DNA from: Amoebophrya sp. A120 | Taxonomy: Eukaryota; Protista; Dinoflagellata | NCBI GenBank assembly: GCA_905178155.1 | Contig: CAJINV010000005.1 | Coordinates: 7,996,515 to 8,060,514 of the forward strand | Length of the DNA: 64,000 nt | Reading direction: 5' to 3' | Shown here: positions 12,041-24,368 of the stretch, one piece after another | Position numbering within the stretch: the first letter of the stretch is position 1 | Layout: every line of letters starts with the position of its first letter | The notes under the pieces: generated by a model | Database searches by the model: none | What the model was told of the DNA's origin: nothing | Seen by the model: the letters and a program-made list of their open reading frames with translations, nothing else | Position numbers and translations under genes: made by a program

Positions 12041-14561
12041 TCATCCCGTCACAGCGCTCTTCGCGTCTAGGAGCGGCTTGATGCAGAAAATGAAAAGAAG
12101 CACAACCCCAATGATGATTCCAACAATCATCAGGGTCCCAAATCCGCTTTTCAGCCAGCTTCTCTTGGTTTCGTAGGCTTTTTTGGACTTCTCCGCCTGC
12201 GCCAGTCGCACCACCGCTTCCCCGACGTAGTTGTCGGTCTTGTTGACACTGTCCCTATCAAATGCAAATCATGTGTCTGGGTCTGGTGAAAAGTTGTGAT
12301 GCTAAAATATGCTTGCATGAGGGAAAAACTTCCGAACGAAGCCAAGCATGCCAACTTTCCAGAACAAGCTTTCTCATGCGCAGCCCGCATCAGAAGCAGA
12401 GGGCGCGACCTTTGTTGGTTATGCAATACAGATTTGCACTCGACAGGAATGCACGACCAGCATTATACAAATTCGAACTTTCCAGACCCAGATGTTCGAT
12501 ATTTGCAGTGCTTAGTCCTCGATGGAGTGCAATGTCTTCGCCTGTGCCTCCACCAGCGCGGCCAGATAGAAGAAGAGCTCGTTCAGCTCAATCACGGACT
12601 GTTCTAACTCCATCAAATATCGCCAGAAAAAACTGTCTCAGACAGTATCAAACTTTTATTGTAGAGGACTCAGCAATACAAATTTGCGAACCAGCAAGAG
12701 TGAGTCCTGATGCGTTCAGACAGCAAGAGAAGAAACAACATAGAACGGAAGAGCCCTTTCTTGCATCTCTAGCATGACAAAAAACTGCTTCATCAAGGAA
12801 GTTCCGCATTACAAGTTGACAGTTTTTTCTCACGATATCATGTCGTCGTGCTGGGACTTCAACAGCTCCAGGTTTTCATGCAGCGTGTGGTCGTCCTCCA
12901 CTTCTGTGTTGATGTTGAAAATTCATTGCTATTCCATGTCCAACGTAAGGAAAAACTTCTTTGTGATGCTGAAAATGGAACTACGGCACGTATTGCTACA
13001 CATGCAAGACAATGCGTTTGGATGCGTGTTTTCCCTTGGGAACAATATCTCCTAGCGAGTTCTCTGTACTATCACGTGTACCGAAGAACTTGCGATGCAA
13101 AACTTGCAAAACCGCAGATATTAATTTCAATCCATCAAACAAAAGCAAAACTACGTGCGCCGCCCTGGCCTCGCTTGAATTTCTGCTCGAACATGGTTTT
13201 ATGCATTACAAAGATATCGCACTCGTATAAATGCATTACAAATTCCCTCAGCATGAGAAATGAAATTTGTCGTGCGGATTTACCTTAGAAAAAAAAATTG
13301 TAATGTAAGACTTGCATTTATACGAGTACGATACTTTTGCACAGGATAGGTTTGTATCGAATGCAAATTTTGTGCCTGGGTCGGGACAAAGGGAACAAAC
13401 ATTTTTTGCCGAACAGGTTTTGCGTCCGCAAAAAATCTGGACGAATGCAAAAAGAGCACGACAAACAAGTAATCCTGCGGAGGTGAGGTTTCTCTGTCAG
13501 CATGCGAACTTATGCCAGCATCTCCTGCGGGTGCGGCCCAACTTGGCACATAATTCATCTTTTGCTGACTAAGTACCACACAGTACGGATTTTTCTGTTC
13601 CATCCCTGCTGTTCCAGTAGAATCCGCATCACAAGTTCGCACCCTTTCAGAGGAGGACCCAGACATTTTTGTCAGTTGCAATGCATACTCTTCATGACTT
13701 CCGGTTCGCCCTCGAGCAATTTTTCTATCTCTGCGTCCGCTGCCTCCGGGTACAAAATACGCACCTGTCGCCTCATTTTTCCCTTGTGCTCCCGGTCGAA
13801 TTCGGACTGCGCATTCAGGAGGCTCTTGATCTGCATAAAGTAGATAAACCATTTTTTTCACATTTTCACTTTCACTTGTGCATCTGTATTCGTTTGCCAC
13901 CTTGCATGACAAAAGAGGTTCTAAGCTACAATGACTGACCGGCATAAAATCAAAAAGAACAGTTCAATACTGAATCCTGGAATTTCACGGAGCTGATCTG
14001 GATGATTTTTCCGCAATAATCCAATTCCGAGGTTGTGAGTGCGTTCTTTTTCGTCTTCTGCAGAGACTCGAGATCGTCCAAGCAGTTCTTGACCTTCGCG
14101 TTATACACCTTCGCCTGGTCCACTGAGGCCTTCATCTCGTTTGTTATCTTCGCCTCCTCCTCGCGCGTCACTGCCCGTTTCATTTCCCGGGAAAAGACGG
14201 AGATGTTGTGTGTCAGCGTGCCCAGGTCCTCGAGGTACTCGTTTATGTCCTTCTCGATGTCCGCCAGTACCCGCGTGATTTTGGACACCTTGGTCGACGA
14301 TACCGCCCCCGTTTTCTTGCGTGAAAGTAGCGGGAGCAGGACCGAATCCTCGGATCCGTCGCCCGCGTATCCCATTTCCACCGCCAACTGTGCTTCTTCC
14401 TCGGTGACCCCCGCGGCTCTCCGCAAATCGGCCATCCGGTCCTTTCTGCAGTCGTTTGTGGTGTCTACCATGACCCGCGAAGTCGCTTTGTTTGACGCCG
14501 ACGGGCGCGTGCTCGGGGCGTTACTGCTCGTCCCTGAGACAGTGGACAAGCGCTTGCTCAT
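12041..14561 (-). CDS. Qa-SNARE syntaxin (plasma-membrane STX1/SYP1-like)
   Basis: Habc-like exon 13971-14561. After splicing: SNARE motif ...HDDMMELEQSVIELNELFFYLAALVEAQAKTLHSIEDSVNKTDNYV..., C-terminal TM LMIVGIIIGVVLLFIFCI, TGA at 12041-12043. GT-AG introns 13831-13970 and 12904-13154; 4 TIR introns. Confidence 0.88.
12256..12514. mobile_element. Introner family A (degenerate ends)
   Basis: TIRs; right end TTA; TSD gtccc/gtcct. Confidence 0.85.
12618..12837. mobile_element. Introner, C-like (AGAAAAAACTGTC TIR)
   Basis: TIRs; TSD tcaaa/tcatg; SNARE frame restored. Confidence 0.8.
13200..13348. mobile_element. Introner family D
   Basis: TIRs; TSD ggttt. Confidence 0.88.
13355..13687. mobile_element. 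Introner family A (old; TSD eroded)
   Basis: Degenerate A TIRs; lies 6 nt from the preceding element. Confidence 0.75.
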
Positions 14562-16820
14562 CTTCGTGCAGCTTTAGCTGAGAGTAGTAGGGAAGACGGG
14601 TAGCTGGGTGGTCGTAGTTGTAAGTCGGTATGATCTCTATAGTACTTGACTTCTTCTGCAGCTTATTGTCCACCTTTTCTCGTGTGGTAAAACAGTTTTG
14701 CTGATGCGGCCCTCGCAAGCTGCAAGAAAGTCTTCACCAGCTAGTACTACTTACTCCCGAGTGCCGGCCTTCAGGAACAGTCTTCGGTCTGGATGGAAGT
14801 TACCGAAGCTGGTAAAGAAGATGAAAACGACAGGAAGCTCCATCTCGGCATACTTCTGCATTTGTATTGATTCTTGCCATTTCTGAAAATATTTTTTCAA
14901 TGCAGCAGTTGGAGCTTCTTTCCTCTACTACGTCCTGTGACAACGACCGAGGCAGGTATACTACGGAAGTGTCGTGACAGAACTATCGGAGGAGTCAAAT
15001 AAAGTAGAGCCGCACGACCAAATTGTCCACAAGTTCTTGTTGTTCACAAAAAAACCTTTCTTAATAAGTTGCAATTGGTTGTAAGTGCGATTATGTGGCA
15101 CCCACACCTCCACTGAGGTAGTCTACAATTCCTATCTTCGAAATTGTTCTTTCACCTTCGAGTAGAATATAGTGTTTTTATCAATCTTCTTGCACAGAGA
15201 GCAGGTACCACGACCAGCACCAAAAATAATCTTGGATGTAATATTCGATGGACGAGTTTAAGTACAACTAGGTCGTGTAAGTAGTAGAGCAGGCTTGTCT
15301 ATGTACACCGACAACAACTAGACCGATGGCAAATCTTATTCGAAAATCCACGACCCTTTGACGGCCCACGACAAACGAATCATGTCTACGAGCTGCACAG
15401 TGATTGTTGATCACGATCACGATGATAGATCAGTCTCGTCAATCAAAAGTATAGTACGATGTGGACGAGGAGCGGCAATAAAATAAGCGTCCAATGTGCG
15501 ACATTTGGTACTAGCGGATCGCAAGCCTTGCAACCATCGATCTAGCGGACCGAAAAATTGCAAGATTTGTCGTCCACGCTTTGAGGTAAAGGCGCTGCAG
15601 TCTGTGATATTAGTGCGACGTCATGGACACACGAGAAAATTGCCTAACACGCAAGCGGATTTTTGTACTTGGCTGAACACCAAAACATCAACGTATAGAA
15701 ATCAAGGTCCACCTGCTGCACTGAAGTAGGCTTCTAAGTACATTGGACCAGAAAGCTGTCCAGGAGGGTCATTGTATAATCCATCTCGAGTGAAGTGTTG
15801 ACACCATTCCTGACATCCTCTCTCGCTATCCAATGATACTTTCTTTCTTTCCTGTAGTTCTTCGCCCGACGTAGAGGGCGGAAAATTTTTGCATCGCCTT
15901 TATTAAGCTAGTGGACACGATTTATGATCACAGATTTCTTCTCGGCAGGAGGACAAAGGGGTCGATAGCATAGTCGTCATTTGTGAAACTGAGAATAGAC
16001 TTCTTCAGTATAATGATCTAAAGTTTACACAAAGTTTCTTGACATGGTTCCTTTAACTTTGTTGATCGGTAGAGGGAGAATAAGTTGTAAGGTAGGAAGA
16101 AATTATGGAGAGGCCAAGAAATGCTCTTCTACGTCGGGGAAGTGATGGTGAAATAGAAATATATTTTCCTCGTGACTGTCAATCGAAACTAGATTCTTTT
16201 TCCCTTTTATATGTGAAAATGAGGTAAAGTAGAATTTGCACAACTCATCCTGAAGATTCTTCTTTTCTTGTGGTTCTTGTTCGATGCCCTTAAAAATGCA
16301 ACCACAAGGTTTACTAACTCAGCCGGGCGCCGAAACGACCTGCAGAGTTGTTAAGAAGATTTTGATACAGCGAGGATGGAGTTGTGGACTGTACTTATCA
16401 TTTTTCTGTCGAAAGGACCACCAACAGAGCACCCTTACAATGTACTCTGTTTTCAACATCTACGGTCAAGTAAAACTCATGGAAAAATTTGTAGATAGTT
16501 TTGCTCCAGTCTGAAGGCAATGCAGCTGCACCCTTCTTATCCGAAATCGGATAACTTCGCCGTTATTCCTTTCATCAGAAGTCGACAGATTGAAATCCGT
16601 AATTCTGGAGCAGACCACTACTTACCCTTGCTTGTAGTTGTAAGGGTCGTCGTGAAAAAAAAAAGAAATTATCAAATCGAGCCTTTGGGTCTTGTTGTTC
16701 TTGTACCTTTGATGCTTTCAAAAAGTTTGCTGTTGAAGAAGTATAAAAGTATTGAGTGAAAAATAGGTGCTTGCTTTTATTCCGGTATTAGAGGATCTTG
16801 TTATTCACCACAGATGCTGG

Positions 16821-16995
16821 TATGCCTTGCAAAAGTATAACCGCACAACTAGTAGAGATTGCATGGCAAATTTCAGTCCAGCAAGTGGAACATGCAACTT
16901 GTCATGCCGGTTCAGGTACTATAAAAACCCGGATCTGTCATGCCATGATCTGCAATTGCTACGAGTCTGCGATGGAAGTACTTTTGCAATGCATA
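16821..16995. mobile_element. TIR element in putative 3' UTR
   Basis: TATGCCTTGCAAAAGTA...TACTTTTGCAATGCATA; no clear TSD. Confidence 0.7.
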
Positions 16996-17006
16996 GGCGC
17001 GCCCCT

Positions 17007-20000
17007 TTACTTGAACCGTCCGTCCCCGAACAGGTGGATGGGGGTGTGATGCACAAAGTGCCAGATCATCAACCCGATGAGACCCATCTGGCACTCGTCC
17101 ACCTTGGTGGTCTCAATCAGCTCCTTCTGGATCGCGCACGGCCAGCCCCACACGCACATGACGCCCGACTTTGGCTTGTGGTTTGCGGCTATGGATTGCA
17201 AAAATGTCTGGGTCTGGAACAAAGCAACTTGTCATGCTAAATCTGAATCATGTAAGAATCTGTGTTGCATGATTACCATAAGCTGTGCACTTCTGACCTA
17301 ATCGAGAGGCAGTTTCTCCTGCAGGATAAGGGATGATAGAGCTCTCACAGAAACTGTCATGCTATGTCCTACATACCAGACCTCATGGGTCATGGAAAAC
17401 CTGCATGACAAGTCTGGCACTCTTCCAGACCCAGACATACTTGCAATGCATAGCGGCGATCACGAAGCAGGCGTCATGCGGACCGAGACTGGTGGCGAAC
17501 ATACCCGCGCTATGCATTGCAACTACGTCTGGCTCTGGAGGCTGAATGACACAAAAATCTGTGTTGCGTGACTACCAAAAGCTGTCCGCTTTTGCCCAAG
17601 TTGAGACGGAGTCTCTCATGCAGGTAAGGCATGATAGAGACCTCGAAGAATCTGTCATGCTCGGTCTCGCATTCCAGACCTCATGGGTCATGGAAAACCT
17701 GCATGACAAGTCTTGCAATCTCCCAGACCCAGACATATTTGCATTTGATACGCGCCCCATGGCCACCACGTGTCCTTCAGCTGCTTCGGCATGCAGCAGC
17801 CCAGGCAGCCCCCGGACCCGTACTTGACGTTGTCCAGGATGCCGATCCTGCGGTTTGTCATGCGGAAAACGAATACTACCATAAATCAGTCATGCACACA
17901 ACGTAAGTACAACGCATTCAAACGATTCAAATAGATACGTCAACGCATGCGAATGGAAATCTGCATCACAAACTACAACAAAAATTATCTATACTGTTTG
18001 CAAATCTGCGTCGCCTGTTCCTCGGACGGGTAAGAGATTTTCGGGATAGGGTATAACTTGCTCAAGCGTTACAATCTCAAATCGGTTACCATAGAATATG
18101 GAAATCTGTGATGCAAGAAGTGCATGAGCTAACCTACTCTCACAGGATTGCGCATGACAAGTTTCGGAGAAACCAAACCGCACTAGAATCTGTGGAAATT
18201 TGTATTGCAGCATGTGGAATGCTCTGCGATTCTGTCATGCTCGTCATGCAAGACAAAATCCAGAGTCTATGGTAACCGCTTTGGGATTGTAACGCTTGAG
18301 CGGGTCATATGGGGTGCAGCTCCCAGTTGCTCGGGCTGCCCACGCAGCCGTAGTTGCAATCACCCGCAGCGAAAATGATATCGCAGTAAAAAACTGTTTC
18401 CCTGTGATGATTTTGCAAGATCTGCATCACAACTTTGTTCCACATGGCACAGAAAATTTGCCATGCGCACTTCCCAAGGGAAAACACCCTTAAAAACCTA
18501 ATGTCTTGCATGTGTAGCAAGACAAATAGCTTTGTGTTCTGTTCCATGCATCACAAGTTCACAGTGAAACAGTTTCTTCGTGGGATAAATGACGCCCTTG
18601 CCCCACACTTCGCCGGAGGCCGTGGTTACTTGCTATCCTGTGGAAAAACGTCTCCACCCCAGAGTCAAGAAGGGGATTTTTCCTTTTGCTACACAAATCT
18701 ACAAGTTTTGGCTGTCGCGCATGACAAGCTTGGGCTCGTAGGGTAGTTGTAGTCCTGTTTAGCTAGAGCAATCGCATCAGAAATCGTCTACCTCATCCTG
18801 ATTCGAGCATGACATATCCCAAAACAGCATCAGAAAATGCGAGGCATCAAAAAATGCTCCTCATACATAGGGCTGCGCATGAGAAACATTTTAGGCGTGA
18901 AGAATAGCATGACAACTCTCCTGCGGTGGGGACGTTTTTCCACTGGATACTTGCAGCTTCTTGTTCATGTAGATCCAGCCGCCGCCGCCCGGACCTGTGT
19001 TTATTTGATGGGTACACAGACTTCTCCCTATGCGCAGCATGCATCACAAAAAGTTTTGTCATGCGCAGCATGCATCACGAATAAAAGGCCTAGTACTAGT
19101 GTATGCTGTACTTACCCTTATCCGACAAGGTTTCCTTTGGCATGAAGTAGTTGCTCGCCTTCACTCCCTATCAAAAGTAAAAATGTCTGGGTCTGGAAAC
19201 TTGTGATGCTGGGTGGCGCCTCATGATGAGGCTACAAATGCTGGCTCAGCATGACAAGTTTCTGAGCTCCTAGGTGTTGCCTATTCTGCATGACAAACTG
19301 CGCTTCTGCCTCACAGAAAAACGGAGCTCTTGGGTAACGTGCACGACAGATTTAAGAGTCATGCCAGACAAGGATGAAAAACGTGAATTCTTCCAGACCC
19401 AGACATTTTTACATTTGATACCCCCATGCAGATGTAGGTCTCGTCTGCGCCCGATGGCAGGCCGATCTTGTTCCAGAAGTCCTGCGACTTTGGCTCGTAC
19501 TTTACACCGTATACTGTCTTAATTCCGACTTTGGCCATGTAGGCGTCGCAGTACTCCTGCGCTTTCACTGGGAGTGGGCCGAGACAATTGGGCAAGAAAT
19601 CGATGATGGTGATTTTCAGCTTAGGGAAGAAGTACCTGTTGTTTGTACAGCAGATGGCTCTTTTTTTATCCCACGATTATTGGGTCCTTTTCTGCGCGAG
19701 ATAGTAGTAGTACATCTCAATGTCGGTGGAAAATAATCCAATGTCTACTGCAAGAACGTCGCAGATGGTACTACTGTAACGAAGAATCCCGGGCAGTGCA
19801 GTACCTCCTACGGCCACTAGTCCATCCTGTATGACCAAAGAAAACTTTGAAACAAAATAAAAATCCCATACTGCAGTTCCGTCGCCCACTCGACACCAAT
19901 AAACCCGGCGCCGCAGATCAGCAGTGTCGCTGCTTTTTCGTATGCAATGCAAAAGTTGTAATTATCGTACTTGTACTTGTTCCAATGTCTTCGACATGAC

Positions 20001-22589
20001 GAATCTACTTTCTTCACCGAACCAGCACCACAAAGTCCATTTTTCTTTCCGAGAAAATTCGCTCGTGTTCTTGTAAAATGCATTTTACTGCACTAGTAGA
20101 GCGATAAGAAGTACTTTTGCAATCTGCATATCTTGTTCAGTTCCGCGATTTTAGCATGCTCCTCTAAGATGTGGCGGCGGCGACCCTCCTATCAACTGCA
20201 AATACGTCTGAGTCTGGAAGAATGCAACTTGTGATGCTGCATTTGGACTCCGAAAAAATCTGTATTGCATGAGCAGCAAAGGGAATGTAATCTGCCACGC
20301 GGACAGAGCATTTGCCATGCGGAATAGGCATCGCGAAGCCCTCAAAAAGTCCGTGATGCTAGGGCATGCATCACACGCATCATGGCCCATGCAAAACGTG
20401 CATGACAAGTCTCAGAATCTTCCAGACCCTGACATTTTTGCATTTGATACCTCCAGGTACCGTTCGTCGATGTGCTTTATCCTGTGTAAAAACGTCCCCA
20501 CGACCCCAAAGTTGAAGTTGTCATGCAATCCTACAAGCCTAAAATATTCCTCATGCGCAGCAACAGCAAACGAAGCGATTTGTACTCGGTGTTTTGGAAC
20601 AATAATTTGTCGTGTTAGCACTAGGATCAGAGTTGTTCCCGTTTCTGATGCGTCTGCGCTGGCTAAGCACGAGTTTTGCACTGCAAGCCTAAACTTGTCA
20701 TGCGAGAATGCCAAAGCTTCTGGATTTGTGTTGCAAAATTCTCATCTTGACTCTGGGGCATTTTCACTCTGGATATGCTTCCAGCTGGAGTTAGCGCGAC
20801 CACACTCGTGGACGGTGGGGAACCTGACAAGTAAGTTTGGGGAGTTTGTCATGCTAGTCTGGCATGTTACAACCTCTCAGCTGTTGCATTTTTGCGTGGC
20901 CGCGAAGTAGAAATCCTCTTTTTTGCATAAGACAAACGAACCCAGAAGTCGTTAAAATGGAGATTTTGCAACACAAACTGAGAACTTTTGGCAATCACGC
21001 AATCGTACCACAATGACTCCCCCTGCGGATGCAGGAAGTTTATCCAGGAAAAAAAACAGTGTAAGTGTAACTCTGTAGCGAGAATAGCATTACAAATTCG
21101 CTTTGCATAGCAGGAAAAACCTGTCATGCGCAGCTAGTACGTGGAAACACGTCGTGTGAAAGTAGCCTATGAAGCAGACCCAGCATGACGAGTGTAAACA
21201 GTTTTGCACTTTGTTCTGCATCACAGACTTACACTCACACAGTTTTTTTCTTGCATAAAGTTGAAGTTGCAGCCACTGCAGATGACGCAGTAATCGAAAC
21301 CCAATTCCTCGGTCTGCCCCGGCTCCGTGCACATTGGCTGTACGGTCGCGGTTATCCCACAAAAAAAACTGTTTCACTGTGATGATTTTGCAAGATCTGC
21401 ATTACAAGTTTGTTAATACACATGACACAGAATTATATTTGCCATGCGTGCACTTCGCATCGGCAAAAATAACTACACGGTTGACAAAACTCCAATGTTC
21501 TATGCAGGTGTAGCAAGAAAGACACTTTGGTGCTTCATTTTCTGCATCACAAGTTCACAGTGAAACAGTTTTTTCTTGCGATAGCGGTCAAACTTGAGCC
21601 GTTCAGGGAAAGGACTTCACCCCAGATGAATTTGCACCCCATCTTGTGTTCGACCACATCTTGCAGCGTAAAGGTCAACGCGTCCAAATGGCACGGCTTC
21701 ACGTAGGCACGCAGGATACCTATAATTGACAGGTTTTGCGTTATTCTTATTGTGTTTTCGCCGTGCATGACAAATTCCCGGAGCATGAGAAATGGAATTT
21801 GTAATGAGAATTTACCTTCAGAACGAGATTCGTGGTTATGCAACATAAATGTTGTAGACATAAATCAAATAAGAACCTGGTGTGTATTCAAAAAATTCCT
21901 TGGCATCCACGACCGTGACATCGTATTTTTTTCCCATGTCCCGCGCTATGAGAGTGCACAACCTCTCGTCCACCCCCTCATTTGTAGTACACTTGTTCCA
22001 GCAACAGAGAAACAATCTCGAAAGTGCTGTCTTTGCATGGCAAATAATCTACTTCCAAACTCGAGACTTAGTGAATTGTGATCTTCCAGAGCTTGTCATG
22101 CAAAAATGGCCAAGCGACTCTGACAAGATTTGGTAAAAACCCATTTTTACATGACAAATGAGCAGGCGGGGCAGTAGTTGTGCACCCTCATACTGGCGAC
22201 GAGCAGGCCAGAAAACCCGTATCAAAATGAAAAATCCCCCCTCCCCATATCGAAAAGGTACGTCTCAGAAAATTTGCAATGCTGATCTGTGGCCACAAAT
22301 CGTCTCCGTCTTGCAGGAACGTAACTCCAAGCGCTCCGCCGCATTCTGCAGGCGGTTTGTGATGCTGCTGGCCCTACAGCCTAGACGTTTGCCATGCTCA
22401 GCGCCTAGCCCGAAACCTCCCTACTCAGGCTCAGCATAGGCCTGCAGTCCTCTCTAGCAAGACAAAGCTGATTTGTGGACGCAAATCCAGCATCAGAAAC
22501 TTCGTTTTGATATGGGGAGGGGGGATTTGTCCTTTTGATAACCCGCCGCCGATAACGAGCACGCGACGCTTGGGAGCGGAAGGCGCCAT
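17007..22589 (-). CDS. FAD-dependent pyridine nucleotide-disulfide oxidoreductase, AIFM2/FSP1/AMID-like
   Basis: Spliced translation MAPSAPKRRVLVIGGGFSGLLVA...DVTVVDAKEFFEYTPGILRA...FDYCVICSG...LLICGAGFIGVEWATELQ...VIFAAGDC; two Rossmann GxGxxG motifs and a GD motif. 12 TIR introns and about 6 GT-AG introns. Confidence 0.87.
17190..17452. mobile_element. Introner family A
   Basis: TIRs; TSD gcggc. Confidence 0.9.
17511..17750. mobile_element. Introner family A
   Basis: TIRs; TSD cgcgc. Confidence 0.9.
18052..18309. mobile_element. Introner family K (GCTCAAGCGTTACAATC TIR, about 42 bp)
   Basis: TIRs; TSD taggg/tgggg. Confidence 0.88.
18379..18587. mobile_element. Introner family C
   Basis: TIRs; TSD aatga. 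Confidence 0.9.
18634..18949. mobile_element. Introner family B
   Basis: TIRs; TSD cttgc. Confidence 0.9.
19169..19420. mobile_element. Introner family A, young 252-bp subfamily
   Basis: TIRs; TSD ctccc/ccccc. Confidence 0.9.
19941..20130. mobile_element. Introner family I (TGCAAAAG TIR, old)
   Basis: TIRs; TSD tttcg/tcttg; frame restored. Confidence 0.8.
20190..20449. mobile_element. Introner family A
   Basis: TIRs; TSD cctcc. Confidence 0.9.
20478..20775. mobile_element. Introner family B
   Basis: TIRs; TSD tgctt. Confidence 0.88.
21041..21257. mobile_element. Introner family G
   Basis: TIRs; TSD aagtt. Confidence 0.9.
21353..21583. mobile_element. Introner family C
   Basis: TIRs; TSD gcggt. 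Confidence 0.9.
22220..22540. mobile_element. Introner family E; splits the FAD-binding GGGFSG motif
   Basis: TIRs; TSD acccg. Confidence 0.9.
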
Positions 22590-24368
22590 CTTTTTGTCGT
22601 AGTTGTAGAGAGGATCTGTACTGAAGTAAACTTACTTCCAGCTCGTCGTGCTGTACCGATGTCTACTGTCACCTCGTCCTATCAAATGAGCAAGATAGAA
22701 TTTGTTGCAACCGAAAGTGAGAATGAGATACAGAATGGTCTCGGTAATAAATCAGTACTTCTGGCGCAACGTACTGCCGTCGCTCAAATTATAATAGTGT
22801 CTTGTCAACTACCTCGTCAACTGATATTCTTGAGCGTATTTTAGTATAACTCTGTTTCGTTGTCTATCGGCAGCGGTGGACGTTCCGTAAAAGTAGAAGA
22901 CCACGGGCCGGTTATTTATTTCACCGAAAAAAGAAGATTGGTCAGTCAGTACTTCGTTGGGTGGTCCTAATGAATCATACACAACAGCAAAAAAAAGCTT
23001 TTTCCCGGTGCGGGATACTTATGATGAAACTGAGTCAGGACAACTACACGGCGAGGCCGTGGTGAAAGATTTTTGGAGTAGCTGGGGAGAGAACTCTGTC
23101 AATCGGGCTCCGGGGAGGCCGGGGCTTTATGAAAAAAAATATCCGTCTTCACTAGGGGGTGCAGCTTATCGATAAGCAGCCACTGTAAGAAGTGTATTAA
23201 CCGATGAGAAGTCATGAATCAAGTCGTGGTCTTGTATCAATTTTTTGCCTCATCAGATGGATCCATCTAGCTCGTGTTTTGTGCTTATGAGTTTTGTGCG
23301 ACGTAAAAATGTCAAACTAGTCTCCAATTCATCTCGTGCCTCATGCGTGATAGAAGGTATAGTACTTACCTCGTTTCGTGAGGATGGAGGATATCAACAG
23401 GCTCTGAAAAAAAAAGTGTGGGTTGTGTGCGCTACAACTACATCGGCAACTACTTATTACTGTCACTTGAACACACATGGGAACTGCAGTTGTCCAAATG
23501 CCAACTGCAAAAACCTCCCTTCACAAAAAACAGCAGAAGTCATCACCGGCTGACTCTATATACCCACTATCAAATAAACAAAAGCGGTGTTAGATGAAAT
23601 AGCCTCATCTCTCGGTGGGAATTATGATTTTCTTCCTGGCACTGGCTGTAATTTTGTGTCTTGTATCTTTAGCATCGTGTACTAACTTTCTCGACTGCTA
23701 CAATCGAGCTAGTCTCGTTGATTGTGCATAAATGGTTTGCTCTTTCACCGTGGTCCCCACAACAACAACCAGACCGGTTCTATGCACAACATGCAAAGAC
23801 GTCGTTCGTTCTAGCTGCCTTAGCCGTGGTAATCATCCGCCTCTGCAAATAGTTGTAGTACCACAGCGAAAAAAAACGGCGACTTCTCCTCGAAAAAACA
23901 ATCAATGTTGTTGTAAAAAACTTCGGGTGAGTAAAATCTCGCTCTTCTTTCGGAATCATTTGACGTTGTAACGTTCCGTGTTGATGAAATTGCTTTGCCT
24001 TGTTCTATAATCCTCTGTTCACAATCACAGGCTTAGTATCTGCGAACGTATTTGTTCTACTAGTGAAAAAATTGTGTAATTTTGCGTATTTTCATCCCTA
24101 CGGTGTTGGTGGACCAGCAGCGACGTAATAAATGACGTAAAATAACCAGGCTGCTCGTCTACGCTCTCCTCGTCTTAGCTAGGTAGTAAAAACCTCCTCG
24201 TACTACATACTCTCTTCGCCAAAAAAGGTCTCTATCACCTTCTACCAGGCCATTGATAGTAATTTGCTGCGATTCTTTAATCAAAAAGCGTTGTTGAATA
24301 CTTATTCAAAACCTGCGTCGAGGTCGGCGAAGTTCCATTTCTGGAGTAATGAAAATCATATAAGTATT

